NCBI GenBank assembly: GCA_963741765.1
Contig: CAVUJN010000031.1
Coordinates: forward strand, 6,606-70,605
DNA: 64,000 nucleotides
Reading direction: 5' to 3'
Source of the DNA: an uncultured beta proteobacterium
GTDB lineage: Bacteria; Pseudomonadota; Gammaproteobacteria; Burkholderiales; Rhodocyclaceae
Shown here: positions 20,216 to 32,107 of the stretch, piece by piece
Layout: every line of letters starts with the position of its first letter
How positions within the stretch are numbered: position 1 is the first letter of the stretch
Notes under the pieces: model-generated
Seen by the model: only the letters and a program-made list of their open reading frames with translations
The model's database searches: none
Told to the model about the DNA's origin: nothing
Position numbers and translations under genes: made by a program

Positions 20216-21559
20216 ATGTCCCGCCTGCTCATCTACACCATCGTCTTCATCGAGGGCTTTTGTTCGCTCGGCGCCGAAGTCATCGCACTGCGCCGGCTGG
20301 TGCCACACGTCGGCAGTTCGATCGTCGTCACCGCCCCGACCATCGCCTTCTTCCTGCTCGCGCTGGCCCTTGGCTATGCCGCCGGCGCCCAGGTCGCCGC
20401 CAACTACACAACCGTCGTCGCGCGCAATTTCCTGATCTCCGCCGCATTGGCCGGATTCGGGCTGGCCGGCATCACCGTTGACTGGCTGTTCGTCCACCTG
20501 CAGCCACCGCTGGTGGCGTACTTCATCTTCATCGGCGGTGTTCTCTGCCCGCTCGCCTGGCTGCTCGGGCAGACGGTGCCGATCCTGACCAACCTGATGA
20601 AGCATGCGCGCACCGGCGAGGCGAGCGGCATGGCGCTCTACTGGTCCACGCTCGGGTCCTTCCTCGGTTCGCTCAGCCTGTCGCTGCTCGTCATGCAATG
20701 GCTGGGCGTTTCGGCGGCGGTGCTTGCCTGCAGCCTGCTGCTGGTCGCCGGCACACTGCTGCTCGGCCACCGCGATGTGAAAATGGCCATTTTTTGCCTG
20801 TCGACCGCAGCAATCGCCATCGGCTTCAACCTGCACCACGACGTCACCGCCGACACCGCCTATGCCGAATATATCGTCGGTCCGGCCGACCTGCCCGGCC
20901 AGATCGACCCGCGCGCCTTCTGGGTCAACAAGTCGACCGCTTCGCTGATCGACGATTCCGAGCCGCCCAACTACACGCGCTACATCAAACACCTGCGTCA
21001 GATCCTGCTCGACGAACTGGGCTTCCGCGACCGCGACATTCTCGTCCTCGGCGCCGGCGGCTTCACGCTATCGCACCGCGAGCCGAGCAACCGCTACACC
21101 TATGTCGACATCGATCCGGCGATCAAGGAGATCGCCGAAAAGCACTTCCTGCGCGGCCCAGCACGCGGCGAGTTCATCGCCGACGACGCCCGGCGTTTCG
21201 TCGCCACGACCGAGCGCCGTTTCGATGCGGTCGTCGTCGATGTGTATAGCTCGCACACCTCGATTCCCGGCCACTTGGTCACCCGCGAATTCTGGGAAGG
21301 GACGCGCCGCGTTCTGAAACCCGACGGCGTCCTGCTTGCCAATCTGATCCTCGACGGGCGGCTGGAAACCCCCTACGCGCGCAACCTGCTGGCCACCATC
21401 GACAGCGTTTTCGGGCGTTGCGCGGTCAACGTCCTGCACAAGGCAAAAATGCTGGCCAACGTCGAGGTCACCTGCTTCGCCAGCAGCAAGCCCGGCCCGA
21501 CCGGGATCTACGTGGACGAAAAAAACCGGGCGGACCTCGATCTCGCCCGTTCACGCTAG
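20216..21559 (+). CDS. Membrane-fused spermidine-synthase-like SAM-dependent methyltransferase
   Basis: About 7 N-terminal TM helices, then ILVLGAGG, YVDIDP, ADDARRF, FDAVVVDVY. Confidence 0.85.
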   Translation: MSRLLIYTIVFIEGFCSLGAEVIALRRLVPHVGSSIVVTAPTIAFFLLALALGYAAGAQVAANYTTVVARNFLISAALAGFGLAGITVDWLFVHLQPPLVAYFIFIGGVLCPLAWLLGQTVPILTNLMKHARTGEASGMALYWSTLGSFLGSLSLSLLVMQWLGVSAAVLACSLLLVAGTLLLGHRDVKMAIFCLSTAAIAIGFNLHHDVTADTAYAEYIVGPADLPGQIDPRAFWVNKSTASLIDDSEPPNYTRYIKHLRQILLDELGFRDRDILVLGAGGFTLSHREPSNRYTYVDIDPAIKEIAEKHFLRGPARGEFIADDARRFVATTERRFDAVVVDVYSSHTSIPGHLVTREFWEGTRRVLKPDGVLLANLILDGRLETPYARNLLATIDSVFGRCAVNVLHKAKMLANVEVTCFASSKPGPTGIYVDEKNRADLDLARSR

Positions 21560-21671
21560 TGGCCTGCTTCCAGTTGGCCTGACCAAACAAAAGCGCGGGA
21601 TTTGTATGTCCGGCCAGGCGCGTGCCCCAGCAATAGCCGTCGCTATCGCGAAGCAGGCCACGAACGATCGA

Positions 21672-21995
21672 TCAGACGCAGCCGGTGGGCTTGGGCAGAC
21701 CACCGTATTTGGTGATCGGCTTCATCGGCCCGGTCATCCAGATCGAGAACAGTTCTTTCTGATCGACATCGAGAAACTTGGCGAATTTGCGGATCGGCGG
21801 CACCGACTGAAATTCGTCATAGTATTCGCGCGCCTTCACGATTTGCTGCCATTTGTCGTCGGTCAATTCGACGCCATCCTCGGCGGCCATCGCACGGCCG
21901 ATTTCTTCGCTCCAGTCGTCCATGCTTTCAAGGTAACCATCGCCATCACGTGCCGGCAAGTCCATGCTTAACTCCTTTGTTTGGGTAACAGCCAA
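21672..21995 (-). CDS. TusE/DsrC/DsvC family sulfur relay protein
   Basis: RDGDGYL..MDDWS..IG.AMA..DG.EL, SVPPIRKF, GPMKPITKYGGLPKPTGCV; has the penultimate Cys, lacks the second Cys of true DsrC. Confidence 0.92.
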   Translation of the reverse strand: MAVTQTKELSMDLPARDGDGYLESMDDWSEEIGRAMAAEDGVELTDDKWQQIVKAREYYDEFQSVPPIRKFAKFLDVDQKELFSIWMTGPMKPITKYGGLPKPTGCV

Positions 21996-22034
21996 CGGCT
22001 GAATTAGTTGAAATACATATAGTTATATTTAATA

Positions 22035-22059
22035 GTACCTGACTTAATTAGTCAAGTAC
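22035..22059. promoter_or_regulatory. IscR/Rrf2-type operator upstream of tusE-like gene
   Basis: GTACCTGACTTAATTAGTCAAGTAC matches 22 of 25 positions of the IscR type-1 consensus ATASYYGACTRWWWYAGTCRRSTAT; sits in an AT-rich stretch 40-64 nt upstream of the ATG. Confidence 0.7.
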
Positions 22060-22075
22060 TTCACTCCATCGCCGA

Positions 22076-22402
22076 TCAATCCTTCTTCCTGGCACTCGCC
22101 CTCGGCTTGCGCGCGACCGGTGTTGCCTTGGCTGGTGTTGCCTTGGCTGGTGTTGCCTTGGCTGGTGTTGCCTTGGCTGGTGTTGCCTTGGCTGGTGTTG
22201 CCTTGGCTGGTGTTGCCTTGGCTGGTGTTGCCTTGGCTGGTGTTGCCTTGGCTGGTGTTGCCTTGGCCGGTGTTGCCTTCGCCGGTGTTGCCTTCGCCGG
22301 CGGCGGTTTCTGGTAACCGCCGAGCGCGCCCTTGGCGGGACATATCTTGAAGAACGGACACTTCTCACAACCGGCAACGATGGCGATCGGACAGACTTTC
22401 AT
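22076..22402 (-). CDS. Small four-Cys protein with (AKATP)12 basic tail
   Basis: MKVCPIAIVAGCEKCPFFKICPAKG then AKATP repeats and PVARKPRASARKKD; GGAG RBS upstream of ATG 22402. Confidence 0.75.
   Translation of the reverse strand: MKVCPIAIVAGCEKCPFFKICPAKGALGGYQKPPPAKATPAKATPAKATPAKATPAKATPAKATPAKATPAKATPAKATPAKATPAKATPAKATPVARKPRASARKKD
22119..22298. repeat. 15-bp tandem repeat, 12 copies
   Basis: GGTGTTGCCTTGGCT x9, then GGTGTTGCCTTGGCC x1 and GGTGTTGCCTTCGCC x2. Confidence 0.97.
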
Positions 22403-22463
22403 TTCACTTCTCCTGTAATTTCCGCATTCACGCGGCTTCCCCAATTCGGAAAGCAGCCGTGCC

Positions 22464-23198
22464 TCAATGGCGACGGCGGCGAGCTTCGTAAAGGCAGACA
22501 CCGGCCGCCACCGAAACATTGAGGCTGTCGACGCTGCCGTGCATCGGAATGCGTACCAACTGGTCGCAGGTCTCACGCGTCAGGCGGCGCATGCCCTCGC
22601 CCTCGGCGCCGAGCACCCAGGCCGTGGCCTGCGGCCAGTCGGCAGCGTAAAGGTCATTTTCCGTCTCGCCAGCGGTGCCGACCACCCAGATATCGCGCTC
22701 CTTCAGTTCGCGCAACGTACGCGCGAGGTTTGTGACCATCACATAGGGCACCGTTTCAGCGGCGCCGCTGGCTGTCTTTGCCGCCACATCGGTAAGCCCG
22801 ACGGCGCGGTCCTTGGGCGCGATCACGGCATGGACGCCGGCCGCATCGGCGACCCGCAGGCAGGCACCAAGGTTCCTCGGATCGGTGATGCCATCGAGCA
22901 CGAGCAGGAAGGCCGGCTCGGTCAGGGTGTCGAGCACGTCGTCGAGATGCGCCGCCTTGCGCCCCCCTTCGACGCGGGCGATGACGCCCTGATGCTTCGC
23001 GCCGGGCGCCATGCCGTCGAGCCGCTTACCGTCGCTGACGACGATCCTGACCCCCTGCAACTCGGCATGTGCCAGCAAATCTCGTGCGCGCGCGTCATGG
23101 CGCGCCACGTCGACCATGATCTCCTTGAGCGAATCCGGATCATGGCGGAGCTTGGCAGTGATGGCGTGAAAGCCGTAGATCAGGCGCGAGGAGGACAT
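22464..23198 (-). CDS. rlmB: 23S rRNA (Gm2251) 2'-O-methyltransferase
   Basis: [52 protein letters not shown]. Confidence 0.96.
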   Translation of the reverse strand: MSSSRLIYGFHAITAKLRHDPDSLKEIMVDVARHDARARDLLAHAELQGVRIVVSDGKRLDGMAPGAKHQGVIARVEGGRKAAHLDDVLDTLTEPAFLLVLDGITDPRNLGACLRVADAAGVHAVIAPKDRAVGLTDVAAKTASGAAETVPYVMVTNLARTLRELKERDIWVVGTAGETENDLYAADWPQATAWVLGAEGEGMRRLTRETCDQLVRIPMHGSVDSLNVSVAAGVCLYEARRRRH

Positions 23199-23268
23199 TT
23201 CGGCACTCTTTTCCGGAAAGGGGGCGAGTCTACCATCGCGGTTACGCGCCTCCGGATGACTGGCGCGG

Positions 23269-25482
23269 TCAACTGCGTTTTTTCCCTCTTTTTGCCGACG
23301 GTGCCTCGCCGGTCACGAGGACGAAATCGATCTTGTTGGTTTCCAGGTCGGCGCGCACCAACCTGACCCGCACCCGGTCGCCGAGCCGGAAGCGCTGCCC
23401 GGTGCGCTCGCCGAGCATCTGGTGCTTGATGTTGTCGAACTGGAAGTAGTCGGCACCCAGTTCCGAAACGTGCACCAGGCCCTCGATGTAGATCGTGTCG
23501 AGCGCCACGAAGATGCCGAAGGCGGTGACGGCCGAAATCGTGCCGTCGAACTCCTCGCCGATGCGTTCCTTCATGAAGAAGCACTTGAGCCAGCTCTCGA
23601 CATCGCGTGTCGCCTCGTCGGCACGGCGCTCAGTCGCCGAACAGTGCAGGCCGATCTGCTCCCAGTTGCCGACCGGCGTGTATTTTTCCTGCGCCAGCAC
23701 GGCCTTGATGGCGCGATGCACCAGCAGGTCGGGGTAGCGACGGATCGGCGAGGTGAAATGCGTGTAATGCTCGTAGGCCAGCCCGAAGTGACCAACGTTG
23801 TCGGGGCTGTACATGGCCTGGCGCAGCGAGCGCAGCATCACCGTCTGCAACAACTGGAAGTCCGGGCGCGGCCTGATCTGCTCCAGCAGCTTGGCATAAT
23901 CCTTGGCCTTCGGGTCATCTCCGCCGCCCAGCGGCAAGCCGAATTCGCCGAGGAAGCTACGCAGGTTCTTGAGCTTTTCCTCGCCCGGCGCTTCATGGAT
24001 GCGGTAGAGGCAGGTCTGCTTGTGCGCGGCGAGGAAGTCGGAGGCACAGACGTTGGCCGCCAGCATGCATTCCTCGATGATGCGGTGTGCCTCGTTGCGC
24101 ACCACCGGCACGATGTTCTCGATCTTGCCCTGATCGTTGAACAGCATCTGCGTTTCGGTGGTCTCGAAGTCGATCGCCCCGCGCTCGCCGCGCGCCTTGT
24201 GCAGCGCGTTGTACAGTTTGTAGAGGTTCTGCAGATGCGGCTGCAACGCCCGCTGGGCGTCGCTCTCCGGCTGCGCATCTCCCGACAGCCAGGACCAGAC
24301 CTGGTTATAGGTCAGCCGTGCGTGCGAACGGAACACCGCGCGATAGAAACGGTATTTGCCGATCTTGCCGGTCGCGCTGATCTCCATGTCGCAAACCATC
24401 GCCATCCGTTCGACATCGGGGTTCAGCGAGCAGATGCCGTTCGAGAGTTTCTCCGGCAGCATCGGAATCACGCGACGCGGGAAATACACCGAGTTGCCGC
24501 GCTCCATCGCCTCCTTGTCGAGCGCCATACCGGGTTTGACGTAATGCGAGACGTCGGCGATCGCCACCACCAACCGCCAGCCGCGACCCTGTTTTTCGCA
24601 GAACACGGCGTCGTCGAAATCGCGCGCCGTCTCGCCGTCGATGGTCACCAGCGGCAGGCCGCGCAAATCCTCGCGTCCTTCCAGATCGGCCTTTTTGACC
24701 TTGTCCGGCAACGCCTTGTTCTCGACCAGCGCGGCCTTCGAGAACTCGAAAGGCAGGTCGTGCTTGCGCAGGGCGATCTCGATTTCCATTCCGGGATCGG
24801 CATAAGTGCCCAGCACCTCGGTGATGCGCCCGATCGGCTGCGAGAACTTGCTCGGCTGCTCGATGATGTTGACCATCACCACCTGCCCGGTCTGCGGCTT
24901 GATCTTTGCCTTTTTTTCGGGCGGCACCAGAATATCCTGGGCGATGCGCCGGTTTTCCGGCACCACGAAGATGACGCCATGCTCGACGAAGACGCGGCCG
25001 ACGACCCGGTTGTTGGCCCGTTCGGTAACCTCGACGATGCTGCCCTCCGGCCGCCCCTTGCGGTCTACGCCGGTCACGCGGACCAGCGCGCGGTCGCCAT
25101 GCAGTACCTTGCCCATCTGGTGCTGGTCGAGAAAGACGTCGGCGCTGCCGTCATCGGGAATCAGGAAGCCGTAGCCGTCCGGGTGGCCCTGAATCTTGCC
25201 CGGCGTCAGGCTCGCGCGCTCGGGCAGGATGTAGGCACCCTTGCGGTTGCGCATCAACTGGCCCTCGCGCTCCATGGCGCCGAGCCGGCGCTGGAACATC
25301 TCGCGCTCGCTGTCGGCGATGTCGAGCAACCCGGTCAGTTCGGCAAAGGGAACGGGGCGCCCCTCGTCGGCCAATATCTGCGAGACATACTCGCGCGACG
25401 GCAGCGGAAATTCATAGCGGGCAACCTCGCGTTCGAAGAACGGGTCGGCCCGGCGGGTCTTGGACAGCTTTTTTCTTGACAT
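23269..25482 (-). CDS. rnr: Ribonuclease R
   Basis: [52 protein letters not shown]1 domain. Confidence 0.97.
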   Translation of the reverse strand: MSRKKLSKTRRADPFFEREVARYEFPLPSREYVSQILADEGRPVPFAELTGLLDIADSEREMFQRRLGAMEREGQLMRNRKGAYILPERASLTPGKIQGHPDGYGFLIPDDGSADVFLDQHQMGKVLHGDRALVRVTGVDRKGRPEGSIVEVTERANNRVVGRVFVEHGVIFVVPENRRIAQDILVPPEKKAKIKPQTGQVVMVNIIEQPSKFSQPIGRITEVLGTYADPGMEIEIALRKHDLPFEFSKAALVENKALPDKVKKADLEGREDLRGLPLVTIDGETARDFDDAVFCEKQGRGWRLVVAIADVSHYVKPGMALDKEAMERGNSVYFPRRVIPMLPEKLSNGICSLNPDVERMAMVCDMEISATGKIGKYRFYRAVFRSHARLTYNQVWSWLSGDAQPESDAQRALQPHLQNLYKLYNALHKARGERGAIDFETTETQMLFNDQGKIENIVPVVRNEAHRIIEECMLAANVCASDFLAAHKQTCLYRIHEAPGEEKLKNLRSFLGEFGLPLGGGDDPKAKDYAKLLEQIRPRPDFQLLQTVMLRSLRQAMYSPDNVGHFGLAYEHYTHFTSPIRRYPDLLVHRAIKAVLAQEKYTPVGNWEQIGLHCSATERRADEATRDVESWLKCFFMKERIGEEFDGTISAVTAFGIFVALDTIYIEGLVHVSELGADYFQFDNIKHQMLGERTGQRFRLGDRVRVRLVRADLETNKIDFVLVTGEAPSAKRGKKRS

Positions 25483-25523
25483 GTCTTTTTCTTTCTTTAT
25501 AATTCGCGGCTCTTCGCACCTAT

Positions 25524-25608
<85 letters not shown>

Positions 25609-25621
25609 GCGATTTTGATCG

Positions 25622-25649
25622 AAGGCCATGTTAATTCAAGGCCTTTTTT
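25622..25649 (+). terminator. Terminator after tRNA-Leu
   Basis: AAGGCC...GGCCTT stem followed by a T run. Confidence 0.6.
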
Positions 25650-25828
25650 CATTTTCAGCGCCAGATTCCGGTCGACCGCACCGTTCAGGGAATTCCCTTG
25701 GCGGGCAATGCGATCCGACTTTTTGTACGGCCATTGTCTCACAGGGCGAATCCCCACCCTGTAACAATTCCTCACAATTCTGTGCCTGCCGGTCGTCATC
25801 GCCCACGGTCCTGAAACGTTACTCGACC

Positions 25829-26230
25829 ATGAAAACGATCATCAAACCAATCAGCATCGCACTCTGCCTGGCGCTTTGTGCATCCACACCGGCGCTGGCC
25901 GACCGCGGGCACGACCGCAGCCATTACCGGCCGGCACCCAGGCACCATGACGGTGGTCATCATCGCGGATACGGCTGGGCCGGTCCGGCCGCCTTGCTCG
26001 CGATCACCGGCATCGCCGCCGGCATTGCCGCATCGAACTACTATGCCCCGGCGCCGGTCTACGTCGAGCCACAACCGGTCTACGTCGCACCGCAGCCGGT
26101 CCATGCTGCCCCGCGCACTGTGTACGCTGCCCCGGCAGCCGGCTACTGGCACTACTGTGGGTCGGCCGGCCAGTATTATCCTTACGTCAACGACTGCCCG
26201 GAAGACTGGCAACTCGTTCCGGCACGTTGA
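25829..26230 (+). CDS. Exported His/Gly- and Pro-rich hypothetical protein
   Basis: Signal peptide, HHDGGHHRG segment, hydrophobic patch, PVYV.PQP repeats, C-terminal YWHYC....QYYPYV..CP..W motif. Confidence 0.75.
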   Translation: MKTIIKPISIALCLALCASTPALADRGHDRSHYRPAPRHHDGGHHRGYGWAGPAALLAITGIAAGIAASNYYAPAPVYVEPQPVYVAPQPVHAAPRTVYAAPAAGYWHYCGSAGQYYPYVNDCPEDWQLVPAR

Positions 26231-26307
26231 TCGCCGCCGGCACATGGACTGAATGGCCGACGGATCGTACAGTACGCTACCGAGGCCGCAATACTGCACC
26301 AGACTTC

Positions 26308-27213
26308 ATGCACCGACTGATTTTTTCGCTGCTACTGATTACCTGCACTCTCCCCGGCTTTGCAGGTGCCAAGCAACCCTACCCATTTTCAGTGAGTGCC
26401 GAACGGCGCGCCACGGGACACGACCTGATTGCCAGAAATCGCGGTCCGGCACCGGTTTCCGTGCGGCTCACACTGACCGCCACCGAGAATACCAGGAGCA
26501 GCCAGCCGCTGCCCGTGCTGGCCGTGATACGACCACACAGCGAGCTGTTGCTTCTGCAAGTCCGGCCGGCCTACCCGGGGCGCAGCCTGCGCTTCTCGAC
26601 GCAATCGATATTCAGCATCGGCAGTTTCTACGGCATTCCGGATCCGCGAGCCAGTTACCGGCTGCCTTTCGAGGATGGGCGCAGTTTCGTCATCAGCCAG
26701 GCGGCTGGCGGCCCGCTGACGAGTCACAGCGAGAAAGATAGCGAGTTCGCCGTCGACTTCACGATGCCCGAGAACACGCCCGTCATCGCCGCCCGCGATG
26801 GCGTGGTAATCGAGATCGAAGCGGCGAATCGCGAAGGCGGCAAGGATCGCGCACTTTTGGCCATGGCCAACTACGTGCGCATTCTGCATGCCGACGAAAC
26901 GGTGGCAACCTACGCCCACCTGGCGCCCGACGGGGTGCGCGTGCGCAGCGGCGACAAGGTAAGCGCCGGGGCAGTTATCGGCCTGTCCGGCGCCACCGGC
27001 TACGCCTCCGGCCCCCATCTGCACTTCGTGGTGCAGAAACTGGAAAGCACGAGCCGGGGCTTCGCGATGGCTTCGTTGCCGATCCGCTTCCGCGTCGGCA
27101 ACCCGTCCCATGTCTTCGTCCCAAAATTCGGCCAGTTGGTGACAGCCGATTATTCAACGCCCGGCAAGGCGCCGCCTTTGGTCAACGAAAAACGGGCCGT
27201 CGAGGCCCGTTGA
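26308..27213 (+). CDS. M23 family metallopeptidase
   Basis: AVDFTMPENTPVIAARDGVV, NYVRILHAD, YAHL, IGLSGATGYASGPHLHF. Confidence 0.9.
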   Translation: MHRLIFSLLLITCTLPGFAGAKQPYPFSVSAERRATGHDLIARNRGPAPVSVRLTLTATENTRSSQPLPVLAVIRPHSELLLLQVRPAYPGRSLRFSTQSIFSIGSFYGIPDPRASYRLPFEDGRSFVISQAAGGPLTSHSEKDSEFAVDFTMPENTPVIAARDGVVIEIEAANREGGKDRALLAMANYVRILHADETVATYAHLAPDGVRVRSGDKVSAGAVIGLSGATGYASGPHLHFVVQKLESTSRGFAMASLPIRFRVGNPSHVFVPKFGQLVTADYSTPGKAPPLVNEKRAVEAR

Positions 27214-27236
27214 CCGCACCAGTCAGCATCAGGAAA

Positions 27237-29697
<2,461 letters not shown>

Positions 29698-29701
<4 letters not shown>

Positions 29702-29883
29702 GAGAGCACCATGATCAGGACAAGGCCGATGATCATCGAGGTCAAGCCGATGAAGCGGATCTGGCCGTCCGTTAGTTGAACGAGCCGGCGAAAGGTGTCA
29801 CGCCACGCCGCCGGCGCGATGAAGGGCATCAGACCTTCGAGCACGAGCATCAGCGCGAAGGCCAATAACAGCGTCGAGGTCAT
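29698..29883 (-). CDS. DUF2065 family small membrane protein
   Basis: [22 protein letters not shown]; conserved position after hflC. Confidence 0.92.
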
Positions 29884-30767
29884 TTGCCTTTGTCGTTTCC
29901 GTGGCCGGCACCCTTCATGTACTTAAAGAACTCCGAACCCGGTTCAACGACCAGCACGTCACTCTTGTTGCCGAAGCTGTCGCGATACGCTTCAAGGCTG
30001 CGATAGAAACTGTAGAACTCCGGATTCTGCCCGAACGCCTTGCCATAAATGGACGTTGCCTGTGCATCGCCCTCACCCTTGATCTTCTGGGCATCGCGAT
30101 AAGCGTTGGCGATGATGACTTCACGCTGACGATCGGCATCCGCACGAATTTTTTCCGCTTCCGCCGCGCCCTCGGAGCGCAATTCGTTGGCCACCCGCTT
30201 GCGCTCGGCTTCCATGCGTCGATAGACCGCTTCGCTGACTTCGTTGGGCAACTCGACCCGCTTGAGGCGGACGTCCACAATCTGGACGCCAATCTTGCGC
30301 GCATCGGTATCGGCCTTGACGCGCATGTCTTCCATGATCTGATCGCGTTCGCCAGAAATCACGTCATGCACCGTACGTTTGCCGAACTCCTCGCGCAGGC
30401 CGGCGTTGACCGTCTGGTTGAGACGGGTCTTGGCACGCGCCTCATCGCCGCCAACCGAGATGTAATAGAGCTTCGGATCGACAATCCGCCATTTGATGTA
30501 GGAGTTGACCAGCACGTTCTTCTTCTCGGATGTGATGAAGCGCTCGGGATCGTTATTGTCCAGGGTCAGGATGCGGTTGTCGAAAAAGCGGACGTTCTGG
30601 ATCATCGGGATCTTGAAATACAAGCCAGGCTCACTGATTACCCGCTTGACTTCACCCAACTGGAAAACCAGCGCGAACTGGCGCTGGTCGACGGTAAAGA
30701 TCGACATGGCGGCAATGACCAGAACGGTCACGATACTCAATGCAACAATGTTCAATTTGGAGTTCAT
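29880..30767 (-). CDS. hflC: Protease modulator HflC
   Basis: VFQLGE, PGLYFKIP, ERFITSEKKNV, RMEAERKRVANELRSEG. Confidence 0.96.
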   Translation of the reverse strand: MNSKLNIVALSIVTVLVIAAMSIFTVDQRQFALVFQLGEVKRVISEPGLYFKIPMIQNVRFFDNRILTLDNNDPERFITSEKKNVLVNSYIKWRIVDPKLYYISVGGDEARAKTRLNQTVNAGLREEFGKRTVHDVISGERDQIMEDMRVKADTDARKIGVQIVDVRLKRVELPNEVSEAVYRRMEAERKRVANELRSEGAAEAEKIRADADRQREVIIANAYRDAQKIKGEGDAQATSIYGKAFGQNPEFYSFYRSLEAYRDSFGNKSDVLVVEPGSEFFKYMKGAGHGNDKGK

Positions 30768-32071
30768 CAACGGGCCTCCCGATCGCGGGAACGCAACGAG
30801 GGCTCGCGCGGGCGAACCTGGTTACTGAGTGAGGTATCAAGTTGTGGCGGCGTCTCGCTCGAGCCCTGAGGCGCAGCCCTTGACGTAGCGGCCCGCGGCA
30901 TTGCCATCGCATCAGGAACTGCAGAACCCGCCGCTGTGGCCGCGCCGGCACCATGAATCATCTTGTCCAGAGGCAGGTAGAGTAGATTGCCCTGCCCCTT
31001 GGCATCGACCAAGACCTTGCTGGTATTGGAATATACCTGCTGCATGGTCTCCAGATACAGGCGCTGGCGGGTCACCTCGGGCGCCTTGGCGTACTCTCCC
31101 TGGACCTGGGAAAAGCGCGACGCATCACCCTCGGCGGTCGAGATCACGCGTTGCTTGTGACCGCTGGCCTCTTCCATCAGGCGCGCGGCATTACCCCTGG
31201 CTTTTGGAATCACATCGTTGGCGTAAGCCTGGCCTTCGTTTTTCTGGCGTTCGAGATCCTGACCAGCCTTGACCGCATCATCGAAAGCCGACTGGACCTG
31301 CTCGGGGGGCTGGGCATTCTGCATGGTCACCTTGGAAATAAGGATGCCGCTTTCGTAGCGGTCGAGAATGTCCTGCATCAACTGGGAGGCCTGGGCAGCG
31401 ATCTGCTCGCGCCCTTCATAGAGCACGAAATTCATCTTGCTCTTGCCAACGATTTCGCGCACCGCAGTCTCGGCGGCACCCATCACCGCATCATCCGGGT
31501 GACGGTTGTTGAAAATATAGGCGACCGGGTCCTTAAGAAAATACTGGACTGCAAACTGGATATTGACGATGTTTTCATCGTCGGTCAGCATCAGGGCCTC
31601 TTTCATCACCTTGTTGCGTTCGCTGCCGCGATAGCCGATTTCGACCGTCCGCACCCCGGTCAGATTGACCAGATCGACTGTCTGGATCGGCGCCGGGAAG
31701 CGCCAGCGCAGGCCAGGATCGGTAGTTTCCTTGTATTTTCCGAACTGCAGCACGATCCCGCGTTGCGAGGCATCGACGATATAAAAACCGGACGCCAGCC
31801 AGACCACGACCGCCAGCGCCGCCAGCAAACCGATACCGCCCCCAAGAAACTTCGGGTTGAAATCGATTTTCGGCAGCTGCGGGCCGTTGCCGCCGCCACC
31901 GTTGCCGCCCCCGCCTTTCTTGCCAAACATGCCGTTCAGCTTGCGGTTGAAGTCGCGCCACAATTCTTCGAGATCGGGCGGCCCCTGATTGGGCCGGCGC
32001 GGATCACCCCCATTGGGCTTGTCACCGTCGCCACTGCCTCGGTTACCCCACTGCGGGTCGTTGAGTGACAT
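30767..32071 (-). CDS. hflK: Protease modulator HflK
   Basis: MSLNDPQWG, QGPPDLEELW, MLTDDENIV, YAKAPEVTRQRLYLETM. Confidence 0.96.
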   Translation of the reverse strand: MSLNDPQWGNRGSGDGDKPNGGDPRRPNQGPPDLEELWRDFNRKLNGMFGKKGGGGNGGGGNGPQLPKIDFNPKFLGGGIGLLAALAVVVWLASGFYIVDASQRGIVLQFGKYKETTDPGLRWRFPAPIQTVDLVNLTGVRTVEIGYRGSERNKVMKEALMLTDDENIVNIQFAVQYFLKDPVAYIFNNRHPDDAVMGAAETAVREIVGKSKMNFVLYEGREQIAAQASQLMQDILDRYESGILISKVTMQNAQPPEQVQSAFDDAVKAGQDLERQKNEGQAYANDVIPKARGNAARLMEEASGHKQRVISTAEGDASRFSQVQGEYAKAPEVTRQRLYLETMQQVYSNTSKVLVDAKGQGNLLYLPLDKMIHGAGAATAAGSAVPDAMAMPRAATSRAAPQGSSETPPQLDTSLSNQVRPREPSLRSRDREAR

Positions 32072-32107
32072 GAATATTCCTAATGTTGGGATCATCGATA
32101 TTGGGAT

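Noticed and set aside
22119-22298. 15-bp repeat array as a CRISPR
   Set aside because: Head-to-tail tandem repeat with no spacers and no cas genes; it lies in-frame in a protein.
22044-22377. Alternative-frame repeat proteins (GNTSQ)n, (HQPRQ)n, (ALAGV)n, (LPWLV)n
   Set aside because: Automatic by-products of a stop-free 15-bp repeat; only the AKATP frame has an RBS and a plausible Cys-rich head domain.
23422-25479. Long antisense ORFs (e.g. 685 aa opposite rnr; others opposite cysH, purA, rho, dctM)
   Set aside because: Shadow ORFs expected from high-GC codon bias; no recognisable motifs, and the opposite strand carries well-conserved genes.
25609-27230. Genomic island integrated at tRNA-Leu
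   Set aside because: Only two ordinary genes follow the tRNA; I saw no integrase and no duplicated tRNA 3' end.
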